From: Takakia lepidozioides
Taxonomy: Eukaryota > Plantae > Bryophyta
Direction: 5' to 3'
Assembly: GCA_030704615.1 (NCBI GenBank)
Contig: CM060731.1
Location: 25,482,001-25,546,000, forward strand
DNA length: 64,000 nucleotides
Part shown: positions 13,901 through 35,611 of the stretch, piece by piece
Position numbering within the stretch: position 1 is the stretch's first letter
How the letters are laid out: the number at the start of each line of letters is the position of its first letter
Position numbers and translations under genes: made by a program
The notes under the pieces: model-generated
Databases searched by the model: none
The model's input: the letters and a program-made list of their open reading frames with translations, nothing else
Told to the model about the DNA's origin: nothing

Positions 13901-13919
13901 ATACGCAATGGACCAGTAA

Positions 13920-22893
<8,974 letters not shown>

Positions 22894-24063
22894 ACCCGCC
22901 TGTCCTCGATCCACTCACGCAACACAATCTGTCTCTCCCCTTACTCGACTACCTCTTCACATCCATCCACTGCACGTCCTCAGAGTCAGGAAATTCTACA
23001 GCTGGTTCAATATGATACAATTATACATGTTCTAGTAGAATGCCGCGACCAAGGAGGTAACTCCTCACAAATCTTTGCTCAAAGTCATACGAGAACTAAA
23101 AATTTAGGAGTTGGCACAGTCTAAGAAGACTCCATATAACCTAGAAGGTAGGCCCGCAGTACATACAATACAACCGAGGAAGTGAATAATGCGTACCGAA
23201 CTCTTCACTTCACAGATCTGTTAAAACTTGAAGGAACATGAAAGCTCTGGAGGTGGTACATTGTCAGCACTCCCGCATAGGCTCGTAAAGCAACCTGCTC
23301 TTGTGAGGCGAGGATGTGAGGAATGCAAGCATGAAACAATGGAGAGGAGAGATCGAGGCAGCGATGAGGAATGCGAAGGAGTAGCTCACATGTCCATTGT
23401 CTCAGGGGTTTTTGCTCTGTCACTACCGAACCTCAGCCTCGGCACGGCCAGTTTCTCAAACCTAGATCCCGTCACACGTGTCCTTCCTGACTACGAATGA
23501 TAATTATTTCGTTTATAGTTGGAACACATTCATCCATATCGTATTAGTAGGCGTTCGTAGTATCGTGTTAGTATCGTATTAGTAGAGTGTTGAAGATGCG
23601 AGAGAGAAGAAGGCCCACACGCGGTTGCTGTTGTGGTGGCAATCCCTGCGCTATGGAGTTTAGGAAGGCAAAGCTCTGGTTAGTGGTAGCTATGGAGGGG
23701 CAAGAATTCGAGCGATTCCTTTGTTTTTGAAGTCTTTTCAAGTCTTCATGAGATAACCCCCCGTTCATGGAGTCATTGGTGTGGGTGAAGTCTGTTTGGG
23801 TTTCAGATTAGTGTTGGATGTTGTGCTCAGGAGTCGTCCTTTTCTTCAATTGGGTAGTGAAGAAAAACCAAAAGACAGACAGGTAGAGGGAGAGCGGGGA
23901 TGTGAGCTTACGAGAATTGACTACTCTCTCTTCAATTAACTTCCGATTTGATTTGTGGACTGATTTATAGTCAATTATTATACGTTTTTATTCGTTTGGC
24001 TCATTTTACTCTCAAGCCCCGGCTGCATTTTCCCGGAGGACTCGAAGTTTCTATCCCTGTCTC

Positions 24064-24067
<4 letters not shown>

Positions 24068-24111
<44 letters not shown>
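24068..24111. repeat. (CT)n microsatellite
   Basis: About 22 perfect CT units. Confidence 0.95.
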
Positions 24112-24116
<5 letters not shown>

Positions 24117-25965
24117 CTGTAGCGTTGCTGGTGTGTCCGATTTTTTTGTATCATCTCTTTCGCTCTCTATCTCTCGATCATTTGTTAGCTTTGTTCCAAT
24201 TACGTCTCGCACCCTCTTCTCCTAATCTTTTGGAATTCACAATTCACCTTATTATCCTTTCTTTGAGCTTCTTGAGTTACAAGTATCTTTCTTTCTATTC
24301 CTCGTTTCAATTGCCTGTTGAAGCCCACCGCTCCACACCCCTATATTCAGTAATTCTTCTCTATAATCCAGGTATTTTCACTCTGAAGGCCTCGTTTGAT
24401 TTTATAGTCCCGGTTGGCAGTTGGGTGGATCACGACAGTGAGTTCTTGATGAGCCGTGGAGGGATGTGATACAGAAAAGTGTCGCATGTTGTCAAGAAGC
24501 TATCACATGGGGATGAGAGAGGCAAAGAGGGAGAAGTAGAGAGATATATGGAGAGAAAGGCAAATTCCATTTGAAAGGACGAGATCCGCAGGGTAGATTT
24601 TTCGATTGCTTAGGAAAGAAAGAAGGAAGCGGAGATTAAAAACAGGGCAGCCATGACTAAAACCTCTTGTACTGTATTTTCAATTTCGCGGCCTATTTCC
24701 AGCTTGCGGCAGAGCTCCTCCCTCAGCCTAGGTACAACATCTCTCTCTATGATAATTACTTCAGTATTCTTGTTTGTCCTCCATTGAGTTGGCATCCACA
24801 AAGGATCCTTGGTTGCATCAAAATATGTCTTTTGAGTGGGGGCAGATGACTCAACCCTCTCAAGGCAAGCAATTCAAGCCGCATGTGTTGGGACACAAAT
24901 ATGTGGCTCAGAAGGAAAAGGTTGACCTCATTCAGATTTCTCACATGCAGGCTATCATGCCATTCAACTACAAGGCAGAGAGCTAGAGTAAGAAAGACAA
25001 CACTGAAGATTAACCAAGAGGGTTTAAATAAAATTAGGTAGGCAATGATAACTCTTAACATCCTCAACTAAACATGCCACTGTTTAGCCTGCCCACCACT
25101 GGCAATCTACACCAAAGGACACAGTTGGAACGTCCTTTGGTTAACAATTGAAACAAGTCAAGGGGAGAGAGGGAGGGGATAAATGGGCGAGGATGGGAGG
25201 GGTAGTGGGAAAGGAAGGGGAGCAGGAACAGTCTAGTGTTTGACAGTCCAGAGGTGCTGCATGGGCAGGAGGATGGAGTGGGAAGCAGGGAGGCTTGGTG
25301 GTGCAGTTTCCACAACTGAAACAAAGTAAGAAGTACAAGGTCTGCTATGCATTACCGTGTTGCTTTTCTCTGTCTCTTTCTTTCTTTCTACTTTTGTCTC
25401 TTCTTATTTCTGGATTGTTGTGTGCCGTGGGGAAAAGCCATGGTGGCTTAAACTATGGGAGGTTAATAATCCCTGGGACTGTTGCGTGTCATGCACCATT
25501 TTCACAGTAATGATGCATTAGTACATCTCTCCCTCCCTTCCACCTCCCCCTTGCCCCCACCCCTCTTCTGCGCAGGGGACCCATCTATCACTGGCTCTGG
25601 TTGCAAGAATTGTTGGATAGATTGTGCAACCACCATTTCTTACGAGTGAGGGAGCTGAGCATTAACACTTACGTATCACGCCAACGTCATTTGGGATCTT
25701 GCTTCTTCTTTGGGCCTATCTGGGGCTCCGGTGCACGTGGTTCAAGAGGGAAGATCTATCTGTTGTCTGTTCTAATGACAGGTGTCTATGAATAGTTCCT
25801 TTTCTTATTACCAATTGTTGGTTACCAACATTTTTGTATTTAAGATTTTTGAATGCTACCAATGTTGTCAATGTGGACACTGGAATCTTGAGCACTAAAC
25901 AGTTTCAAAACATGGTGGTGATGATTTTGCCAGGGTTTAGAATACAAGAAGACAGGCATATGCAG

Positions 25966-27623
25966 GGCGGGTTTGGAAGATGATGCACCCTTTGCCATAG
26001 CCATTTCAGCATGTATGCTTAGCACTCTCCTACTTCCAGTTAATACTGATGAGAAGGATGACAAGGACAGGAACTCCACCTTTGGTGCGGATGATGTCCG
26101 GTATACAGCAATGGGAATCATCAGCTTCATTCCTCTTTTCAACTGGTTGGTATGGATCTGTTCCTCGGCTAGAACTTTTTAAAGAGTCCAGCATTCTGTA
26201 GCCCAGGGTGTTCTTCTCACTGCTTCTGATCCCATCCCGCACCCCAAAGTTGTGATGTCGCAAATGGGTTGTCAGTGACTGTAGATGAGTGTTGGCAATT
26301 CCATAACAGGGCCAATTGCATCTATGAAAGGGCAAAGAATTGCACTTCTCGATCAAATCATGTAATGGGTGTACTGGGTGGACAGGCATGGGTGTTTGCC
26401 TGGCTAGATACAAGCAAACAACGCTACCTGGTTTACGCTATCGTGTATCTGGCTCCCTACTTAAGGTACCCAACCTCTGCCCCTGTATCCCCTGTGTGTC
26501 GAAGATTGTTGGTGCTTGTATGTTATTTTGGCTCCACGTTACATTCCTGAAGAGCTTCATTACATCATTTCGCCTCAATAAGAAATGGCAAGTCCTTCGT
26601 TCTTAGCAACCAAGTTAGTTCAAGTTCACTTGATGGATGGGGGATGATCAGAAGCCAGTGGGAGTACAGTAAGTGCATTAGCTCTTTAGATCTTGGACTG
26701 CTGGCTAATAGCAGAAATGATGGTTGCAGGACGGGACTGTCAGTGTCGCCAGAGGAAAGCTGGCTCCCTCTAGCTAGTGTGCTGGCCTGCATTGTTCATA
26801 TTCAGGTGGGTGCGGCTTCCCTGAGCTTTCTGTGGTTGTCATTTCATGATACTCACTGAAAGCACACAGGTTTCATGGGTTTAGCAAGAACTAGAGAAAC
26901 AAGGCTGCGATGTAAAAGTAAGGCTGCGATGTAGCCGTCGATCTTATTAGTAATACAATCCATGATATTTAGAAGAACATGGTGTATACATGAGACTTGG
27001 TGCCAAAGAATGACTCATAGATGGATCTGATCCAGAAGATGGTAACAAAACGTTTTTGAAGTGCCTGGTGAGAGCATCTCACAGTATTTGGGTGTGATGA
27101 CTTGGCAGCTAGACATCACAGTTAATAGCGAAGGGGGACGTGACTCGCAGTTACCTTTCGAGAATGTTTCCAAGATATTCCTCGAGGGCAAGCAAGCTAA
27201 GCAGCTGAAGGAAAGTGCCGACACCTTCCTGCTTCAACTGCGGCGATTTGGAGACAGAAATGTGAGAAATGTCCCTCATGTGTTGTCGCTATCTTTGGCA
27301 AGTTGTGTTACTGTCGAAGAGCTGTTTGTTGCAAGTCATGACAGGTCGTGGTGGCATGATTCTGCTTTTAATGGACAGTCTGGAAGGCATGGGATTCTGT
27401 GGCTTCTGTTGTCAAGCTCTCATACCTGGGTTGCATGCATGCATATGTGCAGTCTGTTCCACCGACAGATGAGAACATAGATGCTGAAGAAGAGAGGTTG
27501 CCCACAGCCGAAGAGGTTGCTCGCGAAGAGATGGAGAAATGGGATGAGCAGCTTGCCAACACAAAAGTCAAACATGCCTCTGCAGATCATCAGGAAGATA
27601 AAACTGATGACTCAGAAATGTAG
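25966..27623 (+). CDS. Conserved plant uncharacterised membrane protein (3' exons only; 5' exons not resolved)
   Basis: Spliced exons read DDAPFAIAISACML...AMGIISFIPLFNWL / AWVFAWLDTSKQRYLVYAIVYLAPYLR / TGLSVSPEESWLPLASVLACIVHIQ / LDI...EMEKWD with GT-AG boundaries. Confidence 0.75.
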
Positions 27624-27988
27624 TCTACTGCCTAAGGTTACTCTTTGAACAGGTTACAGACCTACAATGATCTGAGAATGGTGGATTTGTGTAATTATCT
27701 GTTTGCAAATTGAAAAAACAGTAACTTCAAATGGAAAGAAATGGTTGAAGTGGTTCCAAATGCTAACTTGTGTATCTTGGTGTACTTTTCTCATGCCAGG
27801 TTACTTTTCTTACAGCTTGTAACCTCCAAACAACTACATAGCAAGTATACTGTTTGCATGACCGCAGAAATGTTGACCATTTCTAGGCAATTTCCTTGTC
27901 ATATCAGTTTGCTGGAGCTTTTCTACTGAAATTGGACCACAATTACACATTAACAAGATCACTGCAGAAGTACAATCCTTTCTGATTG

Positions 27989-28123
27989 TGTCTAGTAAAT
28001 TTTCGAAGTGGCTTCTATCAACCGTCTTCTCTGATACCATATAGATCCTCTCTGATACCATATTAAGCTATATGGTATCAGAGAAGATGGTTGATAGAAG
28101 CCAATTCGAAAACTGACTAGACA
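27989..28123. repeat. Long imperfect inverted repeat (foldback) just 3' of the HEI10 stop
   Basis: TGTCTAGT..TTTTCGAAGTGGCTTCTATCAACCGTCTTCTCTGATACCATATAG pairs with CTATATGGTATCAGAGAAGATGGTTGATAGAAGCCAATTCGAAAA..ACTAGACA. Confidence 0.9.
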
Positions 28124-28147
28124 GATAAAGCAGCTCAAGCTTACTAC

Positions 28148-29843
28148 TTAAAACCCTGAGGCTCTTATCCGAGAGTGAGGTCGTGGCATGGGAGAGAGCA
28201 GGAGATTGCGAAGCACGTTTGTAGGATGGCCTGCAGCTGGTGTGAACAGTGGAGCTGTCGACTTAAAATGATCTGCTGATGACGGTCTGGCAAGGCTTCG
28301 CACCTCTGGTGGCGCAGTCCAAAAGTCAGCTGAAGAAGCTGGAGTTATAGGGGCCAACCCTGCAAGATTGAAGTCTTCTCAGTAATTACAAAGAGCAAGC
28401 AATTTTGAACTTGAACTTGATCAAATTGGTACTGACGTTTATACTTACTGACCTGTGGGAGGTCTGGTCTTAGCAGGCTCGTCAAATCCACTGGGAGTTG
28501 GATCAGAAAATGTGTATGGATTTCGCTGTTGCACCATAGCTCGGTCTTTTTGCTTCAGCTGCTCATACTCCTTCCGCAACGCATCATACATCTCTTCCAA
28601 CTTCCGCTTCTGCCTGTAAGCATGGGATATGACACAGGTACAACATTAACGTCACCTCTGGGGTCGATGGGGTGTCGATTTGTACTTGGCTTTCAGACTC
28701 CAGACATTTGGACATCTGGAATGAATGCAATGATTAGTTCAGTCTTAAGACCTTAGAAAATGATTGTTTGCAGATCAACACCTTGATTTCTCTGTGTATT
28801 TCTCCTGCAGTTCAGTTTTGTCTTTCTTCACGCTCTCTAGCTCCTGTGTCATTGCCTGTATCTTTTTCATGGCTTTCTGGTATGCTGTATGAACTTGTTG
28901 GAGCTTCGCGGTGTATGCAGCCTCCACTTGCTGCAGCTTCTCTGTGCATTTTGCTTGCATTTGCTCACATTTTTCACGGAGTTGCATGGCCTTGCTGACG
29001 GTGAGCTGGACTTCCACATCTTTCTGTCCAATCCAGAAGATAACGCCTTTGAATGCACTCTTCATAACTGAAACGATCGTTAAGATGACATACGTTTACT
29101 TGGTGAGAGTCGACGAGAAGCTGCACGATACAATGTCCTTGCAACTCAAAATATATTGGCTACTTCAAGGTAAGGATACTGCTTTGTGGAGGAACGCCAG
29201 CCATGACAGTCTGGACACAAGAGAATAACGTCGTCAGCCGATTTATCCATCACTCGCAGTTGAGCACAAGGACTCACATATGTACAGAGACAATATTTAC
29301 GTCGAAATCGCCAAAAAGCTGTAAACAGTGCACCGCTACCGTCTAGCAACTAGGTTTACAGTTCAGTGAGAGTGATTTTCAAGTACTTAACGTTGATCCA
29401 CTCATCGTTGGGGCTCAAGTCCACCGCCGTCATTTTACTGTCATCACACCACACAATGAAAGGCGGATTATCACCACGATCCCTTCCTCGTCAAATCTTA
29501 GAGGCGGAATATGCAGGACTTATAAGATTGACACATTCGTTTGGATAGGAGGGGCTTGTACATAGTAGATGAGAGAAATATGTACCTTTTGGACAGCATT
29601 TCCTCGCACATGGGGCATGTTGAGTCAGAGCTCAGGATTCTGTTGGCGTCTTCAGTGCCTGGATTGCAGTGAGTCAAGGAGAAAACCTTGACTCATATGA
29701 ACTAAAGAAAAGACTGTTCCGAGCAGGAGGTCTGAGCTCCATTTAGTTCTGATAGGAAACAGCAGCAGGATACAGAAAATGTGACCACAGGCGGTTGAAA
29801 TTGCCCGCCCTTCCAAGTTCCTCCAGCAGGAATTGCACTTCAT
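28148..29843 (-). CDS. HEI10: Meiotic RING E3 ubiquitin ligase CCNB1IP1/HEI10
   Basis: N-terminal RING MKCNSCWRNLEGRAISTACGHIFC...CPMCEEMLSK, then MKSAFKGVIFWIGQK, coiled coil ELQEKYTEKSRQKRKLEEMYD and C-terminal NVLRNLLLSPMPRP; GT-AG introns. Confidence 0.93.
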
Positions 29844-30599
29844 GGCTGTCCTCTTCACAACCTTGTGGATCCAACTGGCACGGAGGAAGGTGTTACTCTG
29901 AGACCAATTTAGAGTGGTAACTTGGAACAATATTCTAGGCGTGAAAGCAGCTCATCAGGAACACAACCTCAAATACATTCCATCTCATTTCACAAAATTT
30001 ACTGCTCAATTACGATCTCTTCCGTCCAAATTTCTGTTACTTTCGACCGGGCGGAGCTCGGACTACCATATACATAGACAATATTGGAACAGCAAGCAGA
30101 AGCAATGATCAATTCATCTGTCCCTTCGGACGTCACAACTTCCTTTTTTTGGTTCTTACCCTGAAACAAATCACGACAGGCCCACATTCCCAACCATAAC
30201 ACACAAATCTGAACGCTACCTACACCACCACCGGTCCCGCTCCCACCATGGCGTACTCCGGGCTGCAGCGAAGAATAACTTTTGGGAACCACAGGCGCCT
30301 AATTGTTATTCGAATGAACGAAAAGCATGTTGTGGATGGATAATTATGTCATCCAAGGGCAAAGGCCCATAGAGGTGATGTAGAAGGTATTGCAAGATAG
30401 AAGGGCTTTGGAGAGTGAGCAGTTGACACCTCAGCAGGAATTAAGCTGTCAGAAGTTGGATGCATATCAAGCACAGATCCATATCAATCAAGCCCGGCTC
30501 TTGGCCATGTCCAAAAATACAAGTGGAATCATCCTATAGCGGTGGGGGAGGTTCTGTATCGTTTGGTAAGCCACTCTATTTGCATCCAATTTCGGGATG

Positions 30600-30813
30600 T
30601 TTTTTCTTCTCACTTCTCTCCACATCAGTTTGGGGTAGCGTTCTCCGCATCAGTTGCCTTCAGCACGATTTCCAGAACAGCAATATTTCACGAATTGTGA
30701 TCAGCCGGCGGCGCATGCCATCAACTCATTCCCTAAATTTGATAATGTTTTATGCTTCTTCTATCCCTTTGCTTTACATGAGTCACCATGCCCGCACTGG
30801 AGAGCTTACAGGG
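30600..30813 (+). pseudogene. Decayed non-LTR (LINE) reverse transcriptase, fragment 1
   Basis: LQHDFQNSNISR...MFYASSIPLLY resembles RT subdomain 3 and continues at 40316. Confidence 0.6.
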
Positions 30814-31500
30814 TGTCGTGCGCATACATATCGCTACACAACTACATCGCTGTCCAAAACCACACAACACATGTGCACACCACACACTAGTATACCACTA
30901 GTCCACCACTAGTCCAACCACTAGGCTACAACTAGTCAGTCACTAGGCTGCCACTATGCTGCCCACTATGGCAGTCACTAGTCCACACAATGATAAAGAA
31001 GAAGAATACAAGCACAAGCTCATGCAAGCTCACAAAGCTGAAGCATAAACTCATGCATATATAAACTCATCACTCAAATATAAGTCAAGCCAAGTGCACC
31101 CCACGCCATGGGGAATCCACACTACGGCACCATAGCTAGGCGCGGTGAGGCTCAACTCGAGAAAGATGAGCCTCCCGCGCTTACCATGAAGATAACCACT
31201 CCAGGGCCTAAATCTGCCTTGACCCTTGGATTGACACTTGGGCCAATCCCAAATGTCAATATGTAAAAGCTAGTTATTTCCTAGCTAGTTTCACACTAGT
31301 GGTAAAATAACTCGACAGCTGTCGTGCGCATACATATCGCTACACAACACACTACATCGCTGTCCAAAACCACACAACACATGTGCACACCACACACTAG
31401 TATACCACTAGTCCAGCCACTAGTCCAACCACTAGGCTACAACTAGTCAGTCACTAGGCTGCCACTATGCTGCCCACTATGGCAGTCACTAGTCCACACA
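30814..31500. repeat. Terminal repeat block A-B-A
   Basis: The A copies differ by two small indels. The B/A junction is the palindrome CGACA-GC-TGTCG, and each module begins TG and ends CA. Confidence 0.93.
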
Positions 31501-31760
31501 ATCGCCCTCCTAGCTGGTGCTTAGGTCCCTCTAAGTTCAGGTAGCCACAAGATGTGATAGTTACCATAGCCTCACTAAGTCCTCCACCACTGTCCCTACT
31601 ACACTCAAACTCGATAGATCAAGAGGCCGGGTGCAAGAGTTGCCCCATCGTTAGTCGCCGTTTTGCAACCTGTGAACTTGAGCTTGGGATCTCGTGTATT
31701 GACTCATATGAGCTTGGCCTCCCATGGCTTGTTAGCTGCCTCCAGTCATGTCCACTGCCA

Positions 31761-33250
31761 CTATCCCAAGCAGTGTGGACACAACCAATCTCCGTCATGA
31801 ATCTTCTCAAGAGGTGGTATCACGCATCCCATACGTCAACCCCTTGAGCATCGATCACAGACCAGCATGGTGGCTGCCCCTTTGGCAAACCCACAGAGCA
31901 TGCACCTCAAACCTGCAGGTACCACTGCCAAGTTTGGGTCAACTCTGCCATCGACATTGGGAAGGTGACATGACGCACAATTACGCACATGGTCCTTCCA
32001 AGTCATGCCATCCTAACCCTCCAAGATCGGGACTCTTGAGGGCAACACCTCTCGAACCCTCAGAATAACACGCCCTGCAGTGACATCCAGGGTCGTAGGA
32101 GCAGTCTGCTGCAAATAAACATAGTCACCAGGGCTAAACCTCTGAACCCCAGGATGATATCCTCCACCACGTATAGTGGCATACCTCAACGTATCACGGT
32201 GTTGTGCAATGGCAAAGTTCTCAAAACCATGGGCATGACTTTCTTGAATAACTCTGCACGCTGATCACATGCACGTACCTACACGTCCGGATCATCAAGG
32301 TTAAGGACTTGAGCAGTGTCCCTACGAATGGCTGCAGGTAAATCCGGCTCTCGGCCAAAGAGAAGGAAATATGGTAAGAAAGATGCAAGTGATGCTTGTT
32401 TGCTGAACCTGCAGCCCATGGCTGACCAAGGCACCTAAAGATCCCAATCTCCTAGGTGTCATTTCTGCAAGCCATACTTGCGCAAACCCCTCTTCATCAT
32501 CTGAACAACTCTCTCTACCAAGCCATCGGCCTCAGGATGATCCCGAGAAGTGGTGCGGTGGTCTATCAAGGTTTTATCACACAAAGCCTGAAACTCCCCC
32601 AAGAACTCTCTCCCTTGGTCCGTGAGTACCTCAGCTGGAGCACCGAATTGGCTAAGCACACGATCCAAGAATGCATACGCAGCCCCCTCATTAGCCTTGT
32701 CAGGCAATGGAACCAACTCAATCCACTTGGAGAAGTGCTCCACCATCACCAACACATATCTGTGGTGGCGCATAATCAGTGGCAACGGTCCTGCGAAGTC
32801 AAGACTCCACCTGTAGTCCAATCCCATGATTGGTAAAGGATGCAACTGTGGTGTAGGAGCGTTGAATAAGCACGCACCCTGTCACACACCATGCACCTAA
32901 CCACGAACTGTTGCACCTCTATATGCATACCACGCCACCAATATTGCCCCTGCAGTAAACTGTGAGTGCGTCGCACTCCAAAATGCCCCAACTCCTCATG
33001 GGCATGCCGCACTAACCGTGCACGCTATGTGGGGTGAGGCACAATCCTCCCATACTCGGAGCAGGTGTATCCCCTCCCACTTGAACCTCTTGGCTCGTTG
33101 CAGGATCCGATCCCTCTCCTTGGCAGTCACAGTGGCTGCCATGTCTCCAGTACGGAGGTAGTCCAACACAGCCGAATCCTCATGTATATTTATGGTACCA
33201 CCTGGCTCATCACTAGCCTCAGGGTCCTCAGACACTCCGTCTACAGTCAT
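31761..33250 (-). pseudogene. DDE integrase with C-terminal PHD finger (stops and frameshifts)
   Basis: HAHEELGHFG...CMVC zinc site, WSLDFAGPL, LTDQGREF, GLVERVVQ; C-terminus CMLC...LVCDRC...MGCVIPPL...GDWLCPHC. Confidence 0.9.
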
Positions 33251-33259
33251 CCCTGTTGT

Positions 33260-33460
33260 AAGTCCAACCTGACCTCCCAGAGATCTTGAGTCCTCATCTG
33301 AATCAAATACCTCTCCATGTCACTATATCTATAGGGTCTCCGAAAGATTGGCGTGTCAGTGGCCAACTCAATATGGATCTCTTGACCCTTTAGTGCTCCC
33401 AAGTCCTTCAAACTGAAAGCAAAACAATTCTTGTAAGCCCTCAGGAACCGCCGTATATGT
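33260..33460 (-). pseudogene. N-terminal remnant of gypsy reverse transcriptase (core RT and RNaseH deleted)
   Basis: YKNCFAFSLKDLG...IHIELATDTPIFRRPYRYSDMER jumps directly to the pre-integrase sequence; no YxDD or RNaseH motifs found. Confidence 0.8.
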
Positions 33461-33859
33461 CGTCTCTCTCCTCCGGTGACAATGGGTCCAATGTCAGGCT
33501 CCCAATTGTCCTCTGTAACACAACCTTAAGTCCAGTGGGCTTAGAGGTAGAGGACGCATCCAGTGGTTGTTATGTTGCAACCTCTTGAGCAGTACTCCCT
33601 ACCTACTCAGTCAATGACAAGGCCTCATCTTGCCCCATCATCTCATCCTCGAGGACTTCCTCAACCTGAGAAAAATCCCCAGCCTCATCCATCACCGCCA
33701 CCTTGGCTACCAATCCCTCTGAACCTCGAGCACCTCCCACGTGTGCCATGGATGCCTACACCCCGTGGTCCTCACATACTCGCCCCCACTCACTACATGT
33801 ACCGTCTCGGTAGGCAGAGAGACCAACGAGGGAAGTGCACTCCGCACTCTGCATTGCTC

Positions 33860-34853
33860 AGCCATAGCCAAGCTGATAATGCAGGTCAAACAATTGAGAT
33901 CCATTGTTTGCCCCAACACCTGACGACGTGCTGCCTCAGAAAGAGACGGCACCGTCGTGGTACCAGTGGTAAAACCCATTGCCCACTCACGCTTGTCAGC
34001 ATTAGGCTCCACTAACTGCTGCAACTGAGCATCCCACAGGAGGCCAGGTCCACAATCCCGGAAAGTATGCGATCTTGGGAAGCTGAACAGTGTAGGTAAT
34101 GCTGCTCGGGGTTGACCCACCTTGTTGACCACTGCCAAAGGTGAACGGTCATCGTGTCTCACACGCTGAGACTGCCTCCCTGTGTCCAGAATGCTATCCA
34201 CTGTGAGATGTGTTGGCCGCTGCACCTCATCAAATGCACGCTTGAGCAGTGCGGGTGGCATCAAGTTAGTCCACCATAGCCGTGGACGATGAGCCCGTGA
34301 CCCCACTGTAGCTGCATCTAAGAACACTGCTGACCCAAGCCACGACCGGACTTGATGCACACTGGCCATCATCCTGGCCCGAGAATCGCCCATCAGTGGC
34401 ACATTCTCCAAGATGTATGCTGGAGATACAGCTTGATGAAGCTGCAAGTGGCGCAAAACCCGCACCATCTCCCAAAATAGACCCGACCTCAAGTCTCGCA
34501 ATCCATTGCTATGCCCGGCTGATGAATGCCCTTGGCAAGGCCAACCTGCTACTACCAGATCAATGGAGCCAACCCGCTCCAAATCCTGCGCCCCCAGCAA
34601 CGAAATGTCTGCTGATATCCACGAACTGCAGCCACCGGCAACAACTCAGGGTACCGCTGCACCAACTGAGCAACATTGCGAAGTGAAACGCGTCATGCAG
34701 TCTCATCCCTCTCCAATACAGGTAACGCCGAACTCGTACACTTGCCTGTAACACAGCAGCCAATCTGGTGCTGATCCCGCCAAACAAGTCCAGAAGACAA
34801 ATGCCTTCATCCGGATACTGCCACACAATAGGTGTGGGATCCAATGGAGACAA
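33860..34853 (-). pseudogene. Cytosine-C5 DNA methyltransferase domain embedded in the retroelement polyprotein (frameshifted)
   Basis: Motif I LLDLFGGI, IV DLVVAGWPCQGHS, VI ILENV, VIII HRPRLWWTN, IX EPNADKREWAMGF, X RRQVLGQTMD. Confidence 0.92.
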
Positions 34854-35135
34854 CTAAGGTGGTCCTGGTGTAATCCCCGCACTCTCCTCCTCTCCTGATG
34901 GTACAAACGCCTCCATCCAAGCTTGTTGCACCCGTCGATCAACAACCCGCTGCAAATCCTTGCTCGTGCCCCACAATAGAGTCTGAGCAACCATGGCAGG
35001 CAACTCCGCTATATCATACATGTCATCATGTTCTCCTCGAGGTATGTCATCCTCTGAATGAGCGTTTCCCTCAATCAACTCTCCAGGCCAAGTCACTGTA
35101 GCTGTGAATGCTGCTAGTGTCGGCATCTTGCCCCG

Positions 35136-35587
35136 CTAGGCAACCGCAACTCCTCCTATAAACGTTACAGAGAGCTGCACATGCCGGCCCTCCCCTGACT
35201 GCCATCCAGGCCTATAGGAAGCTGACTCCTCCCAAAAATCCAGGGTGAAGCCCATGGAATACAACATTGCCCCACCAATCAGGACATCGTACGAGACCGC
35301 GTCTGTCACAATGGCCTTGGCTCGCATCACTGAGCCATCTGTAGGGTGATCTGGCCGTAGTCTGATAGCCAACTCACGCCGTGTCATGCCCCGAGCCTGC
35401 TCCGATCCTCCCAGAGACGTCTGTCTCTGGAAAGGCCCAAGCCTGCAATAGCAGCTCTGCCCAGCATCAATGGCTGAGCTCCTGAGTCCAACAAGACCCG
35501 CAGTGGCCGGTACCTCTTGCCTGTCGGTCCACTCAAACAGAAAATGTCATCCTGGTTGTCTAATATAACAACTTCAGGTGTCACCAT
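35136..35587 (-). pseudogene. Retroelement aspartic protease (frameshifted)
   Basis: RVLLDSGAQ catalytic motif and SYDVLIGG motif. Confidence 0.85.
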
Positions 35588-35611
35588 GGCGCGCTCAATG
35601 GCTGGAGCTTG

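Noticed and set aside
23948-24469. 173-aa ORF
   Set aside because: Product of a CT microsatellite and pyrimidine-rich sequence.
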